Source: a virus
Strand: one strand, 5' to 3'
DNA: 64,000 bases
IMG/VR virus record: IMGVR_UViG_3300029024_000001
Numbering within the stretch: position 1 is the stretch's first letter; every line of letters starts with the position of its first letter. The notes below the pieces were generated by a model. That model was not told the DNA's origin, did not search any database, and saw nothing but the letters and a program-made list of their open reading frames with translations. Shown here piece by piece: positions 36,730-46,165 of the stretch. The translations under genes and the position numbers were made by a program.

Positions 36730-37272
36730 TCAATCATCGTATTCAAATTTTAGATTTTCAAGTTCATGTATTTGTAACCTAAGAGACTTAATTAAATTCG
36801 TTCTCTGTTCCTCTGCATGTTTTAAAGCCTCTTCCTTGCTTTCAAAAGCACAATCCCCTATCTGATAAGGGGTGTAACGACCAGGAGTGTCGGCTAATAA
36901 AAGACCACCACAATCTTCTATTCTGGCTTTTACCTTTCTTATTTTCCCATCTTTTAGACACATGTCTGTAACCCATACGAATTTACCATATAATTTATCA
37001 TACTCTTCTGATCTCTCTTCTTGCAATTCATACCATTTAAGCTTAGGAAATCTTAATGTGAATTTAACCTCAGTATCTTTTTCTAAGACATTAATATCGT
37101 ATGCTTCCGGCCACAGCTCTTTTATGCTGTCTTCGTCTTCGGCATACGCTACAAGTATGAATGAATCATCGGATTCACCACTACACCAATATGGATATTT
37201 TATAGGCCATTTGACTGGACGGTAGTCGTTACCGCAGTCGGATTTTTTAATGTAAAATCTTGCTCTAATCAT
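36730..37272 (-). CDS. Hypothetical protein of 180 aa
   Basis: ORF. Confidence 0.5.
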   Translation of the reverse strand: MIRARFYIKKSDCGNDYRPVKWPIKYPYWCSGESDDSFILVAYAEDEDSIKELWPEAYDINVLEKDTEVKFTLRFPKLKWYELQEERSEEYDKLYGKFVWVTDMCLKDGKIRKVKARIEDCGGLLLADTPGRYTPYQIGDCAFESKEEALKHAEEQRTNLIKSLRLQIHELENLKFEYDD

Positions 37273-37279
37273 ATCGTTA

Positions 37280-37591
37280 TTAATCTAATAATTTTTCTAT
37301 TTTAATTGATTTTGATGATAGATACATATTCCACGTTCCTCTGCCTCTATCACCTTTTTCGTTTTGTTTTTGGATTGTCAAGTACAGATCTCCGTCTTCA
37401 CATACTTCAACTTTTTTCAAGAAGCCTATCATTTCATCTCCTGCTTCGTGTAAAATACGGATCTTATCTCCTTCTTTTAACCCATAATTGGAATCAAAAT
37501 ATTCTTTTTTGATTCTATCAATATTGTCTTTATGGTTTTTTATAGCATAAAGCTCTTTTCTTAATAAATAATTTAGTTGTTCTATTGTCAT
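37280..37591 (-). CDS. Hypothetical protein of 103 aa
   Basis: ORF. Confidence 0.45.
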   Translation of the reverse strand: MTIEQLNYLLRKELYAIKNHKDNIDRIKKEYFDSNYGLKEGDKIRILHEAGDEMIGFLKKVEVCEDGDLYLTIQKQNEKGDRGRGTWNMYLSSKSIKIEKLLD

Positions 37592-38145
37592 TTCTTTTCC
37601 TCCTTATTTAATGGTATCAACCCTTTTCCATGCTTGTCATACCACAGCATAGCTATGCAGTTCCATGCACATTGTGCAAGATGAAAACATCCTGTATCGG
37701 AATCCACTCTTTCCCCTTTCATGTATTCCATCAGGTGTCGAAACATCGCAGCACGGTACCGTTCAAATCCGTTGTCAAGGTTCTGCCAAGTATTAGGATC
37801 GTACTTTTTGGCTCCGGCATGATAGACTTTTACAATGTCCTCAATCTCTTCCATTGGAAGCAAATCCCATCGTAGTTTATCATCAATGATGTCATTTTTC
37901 ACCGATTTGTTTTCTATGGGGTCTTTGGTAAGAATAATATCCATAATATCCGTTTCTATGACGAACGTCTCCCCATTGCAACAAACCTCAGCATATTTAT
38001 CATTTACTTCTATGTCTGATACTGCCTCCGCTATAGCTCCTTTGACGATTTTAAATTCGGCACTGATTATATCATCTTTTAATATGCGAAAAATAGATCC
38101 TTTTGGATAAAGGATATTTTTAGTATTATCATCCATCTTTTCCAT
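37588..38145 (-). CDS. Protein with a C-terminal domain resembling the phage dATP/dGTP diphosphohydrolase domain, a likely nucleotide pyrophosphohydrolase
   Basis: RWDLLPMEEIEDIVKVYHAGAKKYDPNTWQN...RYRAAMFRHLMEY...DSDTGCFHLAQCAWNCIAMLWY matches my memory of that family, with a KY..NW motif, RH, and E.G..HLA. Confidence 0.4.
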   Translation of the reverse strand: MEKMDDNTKNILYPKGSIFRILKDDIISAEFKIVKGAIAEAVSDIEVNDKYAEVCCNGETFVIETDIMDIILTKDPIENKSVKNDIIDDKLRWDLLPMEEIEDIVKVYHAGAKKYDPNTWQNLDNGFERYRAAMFRHLMEYMKGERVDSDTGCFHLAQCAWNCIAMLWYDKHGKGLIPLNKEEKK

Positions 38146-38197
38146 TGCTTTATCGTTGTTTTACCTCATTTCGATAGTAATATAATCCATCTTCGTC

Positions 38198-38485
38198 TTA
38201 TACCCTATCATTTCTGTTTTTCTCAAAATACTGTCTTACGGCTTCAATCGCCTTATCGTCATCAAAAGCCTCTACAAACCCCTCATAGAATCTATTTCGC
38301 TCCATAGAGAACGTATTGCTTCCATCCGGAATGGTTCTGAACACAACTACCTTCTCTCCATCTACGTTCGTTCCTATGATGTTGTTATGGAGAATAATAG
38401 AATACCGCCCAGAGTTTTTGTTCTGGACGACACTATGTTCGAGATTGTAGAGTCTAAGTAGTTCTCTTATTTCTTTTACTCCCAT
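38198..38485 (-). CDS. Hypothetical protein of 95 aa
   Basis: ORF. Confidence 0.45.
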   Translation of the reverse strand: MGVKEIRELLRLYNLEHSVVQNKNSGRYSIILHNNIIGTNVDGEKVVVFRTIPDGSNTFSMERNRFYEGFVEAFDDDKAIEAVRQYFEKNRNDRV

Positions 38486-38486
38486 A

Positions 38487-39203
38487 TTATTTTACGTTTT
38501 TAGAAGTTACAGCCTCTTCTCCCCATTTCTTTACATATATAGATCTCATCATGTTCATTAAATTAGAGAAAGAAGAGATGGTTCCCATCTCTATGCAGAA
38601 TGCAAGATTAGACTGTAGGGTTTCAAGTTCTTTCAACTGCTCTTGAGTTGCTCTGTTATCTAAAACATATTTATGTTTATTGAATACAATCCAGTTTAAC
38701 TTATCAGCCATTTCTATATAATCAACATCTTCAAATTTTGATACAGACCTTGAAAGAGTATTGTATTTATCCCCTATCTCTATTCTATCCAAAATAAGTT
38801 TATCATTTAACCATCCAGTAACTTCTGCATACAGCATAGGATTTAATTCTATAGCGACTAATACCCATATGTAGGGATCACACATAACATTCCTGTTTGT
38901 TCCTCTTCCTGTAGTCTTATAGGCATTATACCACTTCATTACTTTTATCAAAGAGTTGTTTTCCACTATATCCATAAACTCTTTCAAGTTTTCACTTTTT
39001 ATGTATTTCTGTTTTTTAAGAATATAAAATATCCTTTCTGCACTCTCCTTGTTCGAAAGAATATTTTCTATTCTCTTATCATTCCACCCCATCTCTACTC
39101 TTTTTCTTGTATATGCCTCTTGTAATCCAGTTAATGACATAAAGGAAGTTTTAATGTCTTGTCTGATTACCACTCCATACAATAACCTGTCTTTAGAAAT
39201 CAT
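38487..39203 (-). CDS. KilA-N domain protein
   Basis: GRGTNRNVMCDPYIWVLVAIELNPMLYAEVTGWL fits the KilA-N pattern GTW.hP.la..fA.Wl.p.f...v..W. Confidence 0.45.
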   Translation of the reverse strand: MISKDRLLYGVVIRQDIKTSFMSLTGLQEAYTRKRVEMGWNDKRIENILSNKESAERIFYILKKQKYIKSENLKEFMDIVENNSLIKVMKWYNAYKTTGRGTNRNVMCDPYIWVLVAIELNPMLYAEVTGWLNDKLILDRIEIGDKYNTLSRSVSKFEDVDYIEMADKLNWIVFNKHKYVLDNRATQEQLKELETLQSNLAFCIEMGTISSFSNLMNMMRSIYVKKWGEEAVTSKNVK

Positions 39204-39224
39204 ACCTTTTAAATTATCTAATAA

Positions 39225-39290
39225 AATACGCTTGTATTAAAATTACACGACGTAAAAATATAGATTGTGTAACTTTAATACAAGCGTATT
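39225..39290. repeat. Long hairpin or cruciform: a perfect 17-bp arm aatacgcttgtattaaa / tttaatacaagcgtatt plus an inner 6-bp arm ttacac/gtgtaa
   Basis: It is a stem of about 23 bp with one mismatch and an 18-nt loop. It lies between the stop of 39301-39645 and the start of the KilA-N gene. An AT-rich tract follows on the minus strand. Confidence 0.6.
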
Positions 39291-39300
39291 GTGTTAAATT

Positions 39301-39645
39301 TTACTTATAGTGTTGGTTACACTTTACAAGCCGCTTCCCGTCGTGGAAAAAGTAAGAGTGGTTGCCAAAAGAAAGGAAAATAAGTTCTTTAATACAAGCT
39401 TTTGGTATGGTCATTATACCAGAAGCTTGTTCTAATGTATTGGAATTACCAACAGCATAATGACCAGCTACAGATATAGATCTCTCATTTTCATGTACAA
39501 CAATACCATAGCTCTCTATTTCTGATATATCTGTTTCGTAATCCTCCAGATCTACCCATGTTCTTTCTGATAGGTTGGAATCTATCCACTTAACTAATAC
39601 CCGCTTGTTTAAAAGCGATTCTTTTTTATGTCTATTCTTTTTCAT
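39301..39645 (-). CDS. Hypothetical protein of 114 aa
   Basis: ORF. Confidence 0.45.
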   Translation of the reverse strand: MKKNRHKKESLLNKRVLVKWIDSNLSERTWVDLEDYETDISEIESYGIVVHENERSISVAGHYAVGNSNTLEQASGIMTIPKACIKELIFLSFGNHSYFFHDGKRLVKCNQHYK

Positions 39646-39678
39646 AACTTGTTATATTGATTTTTTAGTAAACGAAAA

Positions 39679-39708
39679 GAGATTGTGCCAGCATTTTGAC
39701 ACAATCTC
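39679..39708 (-). terminator. Terminator-like hairpin
   Basis: A perfect 9-bp stem gagattgtg/cacaatctc is followed on the minus strand by tcttttcgttt. Confidence 0.4.
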
Positions 39709-39777
39709 AATTATATGGGAATAATACTAAGGAAAAGTGTAAAGTGTTATATAATTACCATAGTGTTTTTTATGGAC

Positions 39778-40134
39778 TCACATTATTCCTACCAAATTTA
39801 CTTTTATAGAACCATTTATGGTTTTAATGCTCCCATCTATGGTTGAAATCACATCATCTATATCATTTATAATACCTTCCATGTCATCAACCACCTCCTC
39901 CATATCAGTTACAGCCTGATCTGATTCCCAATATCTTTCTGAGTCTTGTAACGATTCCGGTATATTATCTCTCGCCTCAGTCTCTTCATCTAAAATCATA
40001 TCAACATCATCTTTGGCTGAATTTATGTTGTGCTTCAACTCCGACAACTTTGATTTGATGTATTCAAAATCTGTTTTATACTTATTTACGTTGTTAATAA
40101 CATCCGATATTTTTTTTCTTCTCTTGTTGTTCAT
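39778..40134 (-). CDS. Hypothetical acidic protein of 118 aa
   Basis: ORF. Confidence 0.45.
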   Translation of the reverse strand: MNNKRRKKISDVINNVNKYKTDFEYIKSKLSELKHNINSAKDDVDMILDEETEARDNIPESLQDSERYWESDQAVTDMEEVVDDMEGIINDIDDVISTIDGSIKTINGSIKVNLVGIM

Positions 40135-41555
40135 GCCTTTATCTTATTATAATATTCGATAATCTTTTCTTTCCTGTCTCCTGGTTTTACTGCCATATTC
40201 TCAGCCAAGAACCTAAAATACGACACTGGTATGTCCTTGAATCTAATTCCTTCATATTTTCCAAACCACATTATTATACTGTCAAGATCGTCTTCTCTCC
40301 TACCATCTCCATTCACAGATTTAAGCGAGGCTGCCCGGCGAAGGATCTCGTCTTTGGTAATAATATCACCCATCCTTATATTAGACAGAAGTTGATCTCC
40401 GGCAAACATACACCAGCCCTTAGAAGGGAATTGTTCGATTGTCAAGTCTTCTATCCGACCGAAACGCCTCATGTTGTCGCAGCAATCAACTATCAGCGCC
40501 TCTTTCTTGTCAGGATGGATGCGGACGGCTCGGCCTAATATTTGGTAATACGTTGAATATGAGAACGTTGGTCGACCAAACATCACACAATCAAGTTCAG
40601 GAAAGTCAAATCCGGTAGCAAGCGTTGAATAATTAAAAACCACCTTCAACTTACCTTCTTTGAAATCGGATATAATTTGTTCTCTTTTCTTTTTGGTTGT
40701 TAGCGATGTTACGACACCGGTTATGGCTCCCATCCTGGCATTCATGAACTCTGATATTCTATTACATGATTCGATAGAATCCATACAGACCAAAATGGCT
40801 TTACGTTCGTTCATAAGTTGAAGAAGGCGCTTGTAGATAGAGTTGTTTAAGCCGTTTCGTACAATACTTTCTTTAATAGATTCGTTGGTGTATTCAGCTC
40901 CGGTACTGTTTAACATCAGAGCCGATTCATCAAACGACCATCGTTCGTACTTAAGTGGACACCAAAACCCTTGAGAGGTTAGTTCTTGTATTTGAGTCAC
41001 ATGAACTATTTTCTTGAAGAAATTATGCTCGTCTTTCGTCAGCATATTGAGCTTGCTATAGTTTCCTTCCAGCATGGAACTGTAGGTTCTGAGGCGGCAG
41101 GGAGTGGCGGTGAAGCCCAGCACCTTCGCCTCTGGGAACCTGTTCATAAACTCCATAAATTCAGAACCTTCTTCAGGAGAATATCCTGAATGACATTCGT
41201 CTATCAATAAGGTATCTATCCCTATATCCTTCAACCTCGCTACATCTTTCTTTATGCTCTTTAATGTTGCATAAGTCATAGCCGACAGCTCCTTTATACC
41301 ACATGAAGCAGAATATATAGTAGGTTTAGAACCGAATGATACGGCCTTTGCATAATTCTGCTCCAGAATCTCTTTTGAGGGCTGTAATACTAATGTCGGT
41401 CTATTTATTTCATGTGCTATCTTGGATATCAGAAGGCTCTTTCCACATCCGCATGGGGCTACGATTATGCCAGGCTTCTTAGATCTTCCTGTAAGAAACT
41501 TAAGCCCGGCATCTACTGCCTCTTTTTGGTAAGGTCTAAGTTCAAAGCCCATCAC
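40131..41555 (-). CDS. Superfamily-2 DEAD/DEAH-type DNA helicase
   Basis: It has LRPYQ, motif I APCGCGKS, motif II LLIDECH, motif III GFTATP and motif VI QILGRAVR. Confidence 0.8.
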   Translation of the reverse strand: MMGFELRPYQKEAVDAGLKFLTGRSKKPGIIVAPCGCGKSLLISKIAHEINRPTLVLQPSKEILEQNYAKAVSFGSKPTIYSASCGIKELSAMTYATLKSIKKDVARLKDIGIDTLLIDECHSGYSPEEGSEFMEFMNRFPEAKVLGFTATPCRLRTYSSMLEGNYSKLNMLTKDEHNFFKKIVHVTQIQELTSQGFWCPLKYERWSFDESALMLNSTGAEYTNESIKESIVRNGLNNSIYKRLLQLMNERKAILVCMDSIESCNRISEFMNARMGAITGVVTSLTTKKKREQIISDFKEGKLKVVFNYSTLATGFDFPELDCVMFGRPTFSYSTYYQILGRAVRIHPDKKEALIVDCCDNMRRFGRIEDLTIEQFPSKGWCMFAGDQLLSNIRMGDIITKDEILRRAASLKSVNGDGRREDDLDSIIMWFGKYEGIRFKDIPVSYFRFLAENMAVKPGDRKEKIIEYYNKIKA

Positions 41556-41928
41556 AATCTATTATATTATTTTTTGAAAGTTCTATTATCGCCTCTTTCA
41601 ACATCTCCCTTGCTTTATTCTCATTATCTTCAAACAGGCATACACTGCATGTAGCACCTTTGGAGGGGTAGTCTCTGTAGGCTTCTGCTCTTTCTACAAC
41701 GTACTCACAACAATAGTCGTGACTCATGTCTTTTGCTATATTTATAAAATGATCTTCTCCATCCATCAACACACAATATTCAGCATCGTTTTCGCATGCA
41801 ATAACACCTTTGTTTTTTAAAATGGATAGCACTTTGTTTCCAAAAAGTCCAATATAGACCCATATATCTTTCCCTGCATTTTTGTAAAAAATATCCATTC
41901 CTTCTTTGATTGTGACTTTCTTTTCCAT
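41542..41928 (-). CDS. Hypothetical Cys-rich protein of 128 aa
   Basis: ORF. Confidence 0.45.
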   Translation of the reverse strand: MEKKVTIKEGMDIFYKNAGKDIWVYIGLFGNKVLSILKNKGVIACENDAEYCVLMDGEDHFINIAKDMSHDYCCEYVVERAEAYRDYPSKGATCSVCLFEDNENKAREMLKEAIIELSKNNIIDCDGL

Positions 41929-41934
41929 AATCCC

Positions 41935-42258
41935 TTATTTTATATCAGTAATTAAAACATATATTTTAGCAATATCTTCAAGACTCACAGAAGAACGTAT
42001 ATATAGTTTTTCTTCGTACTCATATAGAGCGTACCCTTCTTTTACGTCTAATATCTTAATCACATGCTTGCCTCTTTCAAATGGATCCTCAAAGTAGTTC
42101 TTATGTTCGTATCTTTGACCGACTTTTATTTTGTCAGTTTTCTTCTTCATCTTATAACGATCTACTGCTCTACCTGTTTTTATGAAAGCTGTCGTGAGTA
42201 AGTATAATAAAACTAAATACAAAAGGATCGCTACTCCACATATTAGATCTTCTTTCAT
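41935..42258 (-). CDS. Hypothetical membrane-anchored protein of 107 aa
   Basis: It has an N-terminal transmembrane helix. Confidence 0.45.
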   Translation of the reverse strand: MKEDLICGVAILLYLVLLYLLTTAFIKTGRAVDRYKMKKKTDKIKVGQRYEHKNYFEDPFERGKHVIKILDVKEGYALYEYEEKLYIRSSVSLEDIAKIYVLITDIK

Positions 42259-42428
42259 TGGACTCCCTTTAAGTAGTTAAACCATATATCCTCCAGCTTC
42301 TCCTGAAGCTCAAATGCTTTCTTAAAATTCCCGCATCTTACAGCAACGTCTCTCATGTATGTCAAGTTTATAACTTCCGGATCTTGCCGGTATTTTGTTC
42401 TTAACTTTTGAACATCCTCGTATTTCAT
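42255..42428 (-). CDS. Hypothetical small protein of 57 aa, not in the ORF track
   Basis: Its ATG makes an ATGA overlap with the upstream stop, and its TGA makes an ATGA overlap with the downstream start. The product is MKYEDVQKLRTKYRQDPEVINLTYMRDVAVRCGNFKKAFELQEKLEDIWFNYLKGVQ. Confidence 0.4.
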   Translation of the reverse strand: MKYEDVQKLRTKYRQDPEVINLTYMRDVAVRCGNFKKAFELQEKLEDIWFNYLKGVQ

Positions 42429-43444
42429 CGCTTTATCTTTTTAGACGGATCCCAATCTGAAGAGAAAGGGCATTCGTTTTTGTTATGTAATCCAAAGTCA
42501 CAATAATAACACAGTGCCGACGGGCAGGGTAGCTTGTTTTGCGAAACAGGCTGGCTTAGGGTGGCACGCCGCTTGCTATACCTGGCTCCTTCTGCTCCCT
42601 GGATGTACGCTTGAAATGATTTTACACTATTATCTTCAAAATCATACATTTTAGATAAAGTGTCATTTAGCATCTCTATAGATTTTGTTTTACGTTCCTC
42701 ATCCACTTTAACCTTTTGGTATTGTCTGGTCCTGGTAAAGAAATAGATGTTCATATCTGGCAGAACTCCACCATATTTTCTATAGATGTAAAACGAATAT
42801 ATAGGATGCTGTAAATTCGTTTCCAACTTCTTAGAATCAAAAACCTTATTACCTGATTTCCAATCTATGACATAATGGTGAACTACGTTCTTGCTCTTTA
42901 TAGCCAGATGAAGATCTACCGATCCTACTATGTACACATGTGTATGAACGTCACCATTTATATCAACAGGCTTAGGAAGACGATACGGCAGCACAAAATC
43001 TTCTTCGACTCCAATTATAGCGCCGTGTCTGATAAGTTTCTCACAGGGATTAAGATCACTATCAGCTATCATAAACCTATTGCCGTCTTTTTTGAACAGA
43101 TCCACAATCCAAGCAAGAAGCTCCCCAGATTGTTTCATGGCTATCATCATATTTTCCGGTGATTGCCAAGGTATGTCTTCTTGATAGGAATAGTAACTTA
43201 TCGCTTCTCCAAGGTCTTTACCAGAAGGCTGTCTTCCGTTCTTAAAGAAGTATTCCAGTGTTTTATGGATAACCGTACCATAAGATGTAGCTTCTTGTTT
43301 TTCTGTAGACCTTTTACCCTCTACGTAAGTCTTATACCATTTCATTGGACAAGTAAGAAACGTATCTATCTGGGAATAAGATATGGCAAGACGTTTCACA
43401 CCATTAAACTCCTTATATAGCAAATGTGTTTCCGGGACCATCAT
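42425..43444 (-). CDS. Cas4-like or RecB-family PD-(D/E)xK exonuclease with a 4-Cys Fe-S cluster signature
   Basis: The N-terminus has SYSQIDTFLTCPMKWY. It has IDWKSG as the (D/E)xK motif and QHPIYSFYIY as the QxxxY motif. A C-terminal CPSALCYYC together with the N-terminal Cys gives four Fe-S ligands. Confidence 0.65.
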   Translation of the reverse strand: MMVPETHLLYKEFNGVKRLAISYSQIDTFLTCPMKWYKTYVEGKRSTEKQEATSYGTVIHKTLEYFFKNGRQPSGKDLGEAISYYSYQEDIPWQSPENMMIAMKQSGELLAWIVDLFKKDGNRFMIADSDLNPCEKLIRHGAIIGVEEDFVLPYRLPKPVDINGDVHTHVYIVGSVDLHLAIKSKNVVHHYVIDWKSGNKVFDSKKLETNLQHPIYSFYIYRKYGGVLPDMNIYFFTRTRQYQKVKVDEERKTKSIEMLNDTLSKMYDFEDNSVKSFQAYIQGAEGARYSKRRATLSQPVSQNKLPCPSALCYYCDFGLHNKNECPFSSDWDPSKKIKR

Positions 43445-43800
43445 AAGTCATTGTCTTTAAATCCTTCCGGGTAATATACGACATACTTCTTACCGTCTTC
43501 TGGTGTCATGGCAAACTGCATGTAGTTATTACGATTACGATGCTTGCCATCTAATCCTCGCTTCCAATACAGAATCCCGTCTATCTCCACATAAGACCGT
43601 CCGCGTTCGGCTCTAACTACGTCCGTGTGTAGCAGATACCCGTCGGAAGACACGATCCATACTTTATCACCTTTGTTTAAATAAGATATTCTTTTTCTTA
43701 CAACAACCTTTTTCTTATTATCCAATACAAATTCCTCATCAGTCATACTCTTCATCCTCCTCTTCTTCTGTTTCAAAATCAATTCCATAACACTGATCAT
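43441..43800 (-). CDS. Hypothetical protein. The start is uncertain and may be at MKSMTDEE.
   Basis: ORF. Confidence 0.45.
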   Translation of the reverse strand: MISVMELILKQKKRRMKSMTDEEFVLDNKKKVVVRKRISYLNKGDKVWIVSSDGYLLHTDVVRAERGRSYVEIDGILYWKRGLDGKHRNRNNYMQFAMTPEDGKKYVVYYPEGFKDNDL

Positions 43801-43934
43801 AATGCTTGGTCAGTTCTTCTGGTTCTAAATCTTGTCCAAAATCCATGTTAAAAATATCGTAATTAGTAAAGCACTTAAAAGCACTGTTTCCGCCGGCAGG
43901 AAATCTATGAATGCTGCTTTTATTTCTTCAATTA

Positions 43935-43956
43935 GGCCCAAGTGTAACCTTGGGCC
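43935..43956. other. Perfect 8-bp hairpin ggcccaag/cttgggcc with loop tgtaac
   Basis: It lies 8 nt past the flotillin-like gene's stop. The T-run is on the plus strand only. Confidence 0.4.
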
Positions 43957-43963
43957 ATTGTAT

Positions 43964-45637
43964 TTATTTTTTGTCATCTCCCTTTAACTTCTTTAAAGTA
44001 TCTGCAATCGGAAGCTGATCAATGACTCCCAATGCCGGAGCGACGGTCTTGACAACATTGTTAAGGAAATTACCGGTACTGTTCTGACCGCCGTCAAATA
44101 CCGTGATATTTCCGAGGTTAATGTGCTCAAATGCCTTAACCTGTTCTCCGGCAATTTCTTTCCACTGATTAACCATCTTGTACTGGATGGCGATCTGAGG
44201 ATTGGATTCTGCTGCTTCCACCATAGCCTTAAATCCGTCGGCTTCTGCCATCAACGATTTTTTCTTACCTTCGGCTTCTGCCTCCAGCTTCATCTGAATA
44301 GCTTTTGCCTCCGCCTCAGCTTTTGCCAAATGTGCTGCTGCCTCTGCCTCAGCATCAGCTTGCAAGATAGCCTCTTCCTTCTGGGTTTCAGCCGGCACAA
44401 TCTTTTCAGCCTTAAGCGCAGCCTGAACTTTCTTAGCCTTAGCTTCTTCCACTTCTTTATCAGCAAGTTCTTTTGCCGTTTTTACAGCCGCTTCCGATTT
44501 AACTTTTTCTTCTCCGGCCTTCTTCTCTGATTGAGCTTTGATGATCTGTAATTCTGATACCGATACAGCAACCTCCTTCTGGGCATTGTTGTATCCTATA
44601 GACGCATTTTTCTCAGCCTCAGCCTTCTTAATCTGAGCTTCAGAGTCTTGTATTGCTATAGCTGCTTCCTTGTCAGCTTCAGCCTTATTCTTCCCAACTT
44701 CTTCCATTCTTTCGGCTTCAGCTTTGTTTACTTCAAGTTCTGCCTTAGATCTTACAATCGCCGATTCCTTGTCGGTTAAAGTTTTTGCGATAACCGCAGC
44801 CCTGTCTCTATCTGCTTGAGCTACGCCGATCTGTTTCTCTTTATCGGTTAAAGCCAAGGCTATTTCTTTTTCTTTCTTCGTTTCAGCTACTATCGTTTCC
44901 TTTTCTTTTTCAGTACAAGCAATTTGAATCTCTTGTTCTTTTTTGGTATTAGCCACAGCCGTTTCTTTCTCCTTCTGCTGTACAGCAATCTTAATAGCAC
45001 CCAGCTTCTCCTGTTCTTCGATATTAGCCTGTGCTTCGTTCAGGGCCTTACTTTCAGCTTCTTTGCCAAGATTCATGATATAGCCGGCTTCGTCTCTGAT
45101 GTCACTGATGTTGATATTTAGGAGGTAAAGGCCTAACTTATTAAGTTCGTTATCAATGTTTTTTCTTGCCTTATCCAAAAACTCATCCCTGTCAGAATTA
45201 AGTTTTTCAATCGTCATTTCAGCAATGATCAAACGCATTTGGCCATAAACAATATCCGTAATAAGATTTTCAGTAGATTCAGTATCCATCCCCAAAAGCC
45301 TTTCTGCTGCATTCTGCATAATTTCAGGATTTGTGCTGATTGCTACTGTAATAGTAGTAGGTACATCCACTCTGATATTTTGAGACGACAAAGCACCGGT
45401 GAGCCTACAATCTATTTGCATAGGCTCCATAGACAAAATATCATAGCTTTGAATAATAGGCAAGACGAATGCCGCTCCACCATGATATAATTTTGCCGAC
45501 TTCTTTTCCCCACCTGTCTTACCATAAACGACCAAGACCTGATTAGGCTTACATCTACGATACCTTGATAAGACTCCGATGATTGTTAAAATAATCACTA
45601 CAGCTAAGATAGCTGACACGTACATGATTGTTGTCAT
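43964..45637 (-). CDS. SPFH/band-7, flotillin-like membrane protein
   Basis: It has an N-terminal transmembrane helix, an SPFH-type core and a long Ala/Glu/Lys-rich coiled coil, as in FloT/YqiK. Confidence 0.65.
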   Translation of the reverse strand: MTTIMYVSAILAVVIILTIIGVLSRYRRCKPNQVLVVYGKTGGEKKSAKLYHGGAAFVLPIIQSYDILSMEPMQIDCRLTGALSSQNIRVDVPTTITVAISTNPEIMQNAAERLLGMDTESTENLITDIVYGQMRLIIAEMTIEKLNSDRDEFLDKARKNIDNELNKLGLYLLNINISDIRDEAGYIMNLGKEAESKALNEAQANIEEQEKLGAIKIAVQQKEKETAVANTKKEQEIQIACTEKEKETIVAETKKEKEIALALTDKEKQIGVAQADRDRAAVIAKTLTDKESAIVRSKAELEVNKAEAERMEEVGKNKAEADKEAAIAIQDSEAQIKKAEAEKNASIGYNNAQKEVAVSVSELQIIKAQSEKKAGEEKVKSEAAVKTAKELADKEVEEAKAKKVQAALKAEKIVPAETQKEEAILQADAEAEAAAHLAKAEAEAKAIQMKLEAEAEGKKKSLMAEADGFKAMVEAAESNPQIAIQYKMVNQWKEIAGEQVKAFEHINLGNITVFDGGQNSTGNFLNNVVKTVAPALGVIDQLPIADTLKKLKGDDKK

Positions 45638-45670
45638 AACTTTTAAAATTTAACTGTTGATAAAAAAAAA

Positions 45671-46165
45671 TTAGATACTTAATTCTCCTTCTTCATATTT
45701 TATATTCGCCTTGTCGCCGTTTTTGTAGGTTTTTCCAGACAAGCATCTTACTCTCATTTGCTCCTGTCTTCCATTTTTCGAAATATTTACCATATAATGG
45801 TTCTTCCCTGATCTAAATACTATCTCCACCTCTCTGCCATTCAAATCTTCCGGACATTCGTACACCATTTCTTGCTTTAACTTAAGAAGTAACTTATATA
45901 CGTAAAACAAAACGATAAAGAAAAACGACCCTATCACAACCCCTACTAAATGGGAACCCGAAAAGTAAGTAGTCCAGCTATATCCAAGAATGAAATGTGT
46001 TATGCCCTTGAATGATATGATGTCCGACAAAGACATGCTTAAATCAGAAGCACTGTCAATGTCAATATCCGTATCCAGATCAGATCCTAATATCGACAAC
46101 AAAAACTGTATAACAAAAGCAAATGACGCTATTAAAGCCATGCATAAAATTATATCACTTCCCAT
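45671..46165 (-). CDS. NfeD-like membrane protein, the usual partner of an SPFH protein
   Basis: It has three transmembrane helices and a small C-terminal beta-rich domain. It lies immediately upstream of the SPFH gene, in the same arrangement as yuaF-floT and yqiJ-yqiK. Confidence 0.5.
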   Translation of the reverse strand: MGSDIILCMALIASFAFVIQFLLSILGSDLDTDIDIDSASDLSMSLSDIISFKGITHFILGYSWTTYFSGSHLVGVVIGSFFFIVLFYVYKLLLKLKQEMVYECPEDLNGREVEIVFRSGKNHYMVNISKNGRQEQMRVRCLSGKTYKNGDKANIKYEEGELSI

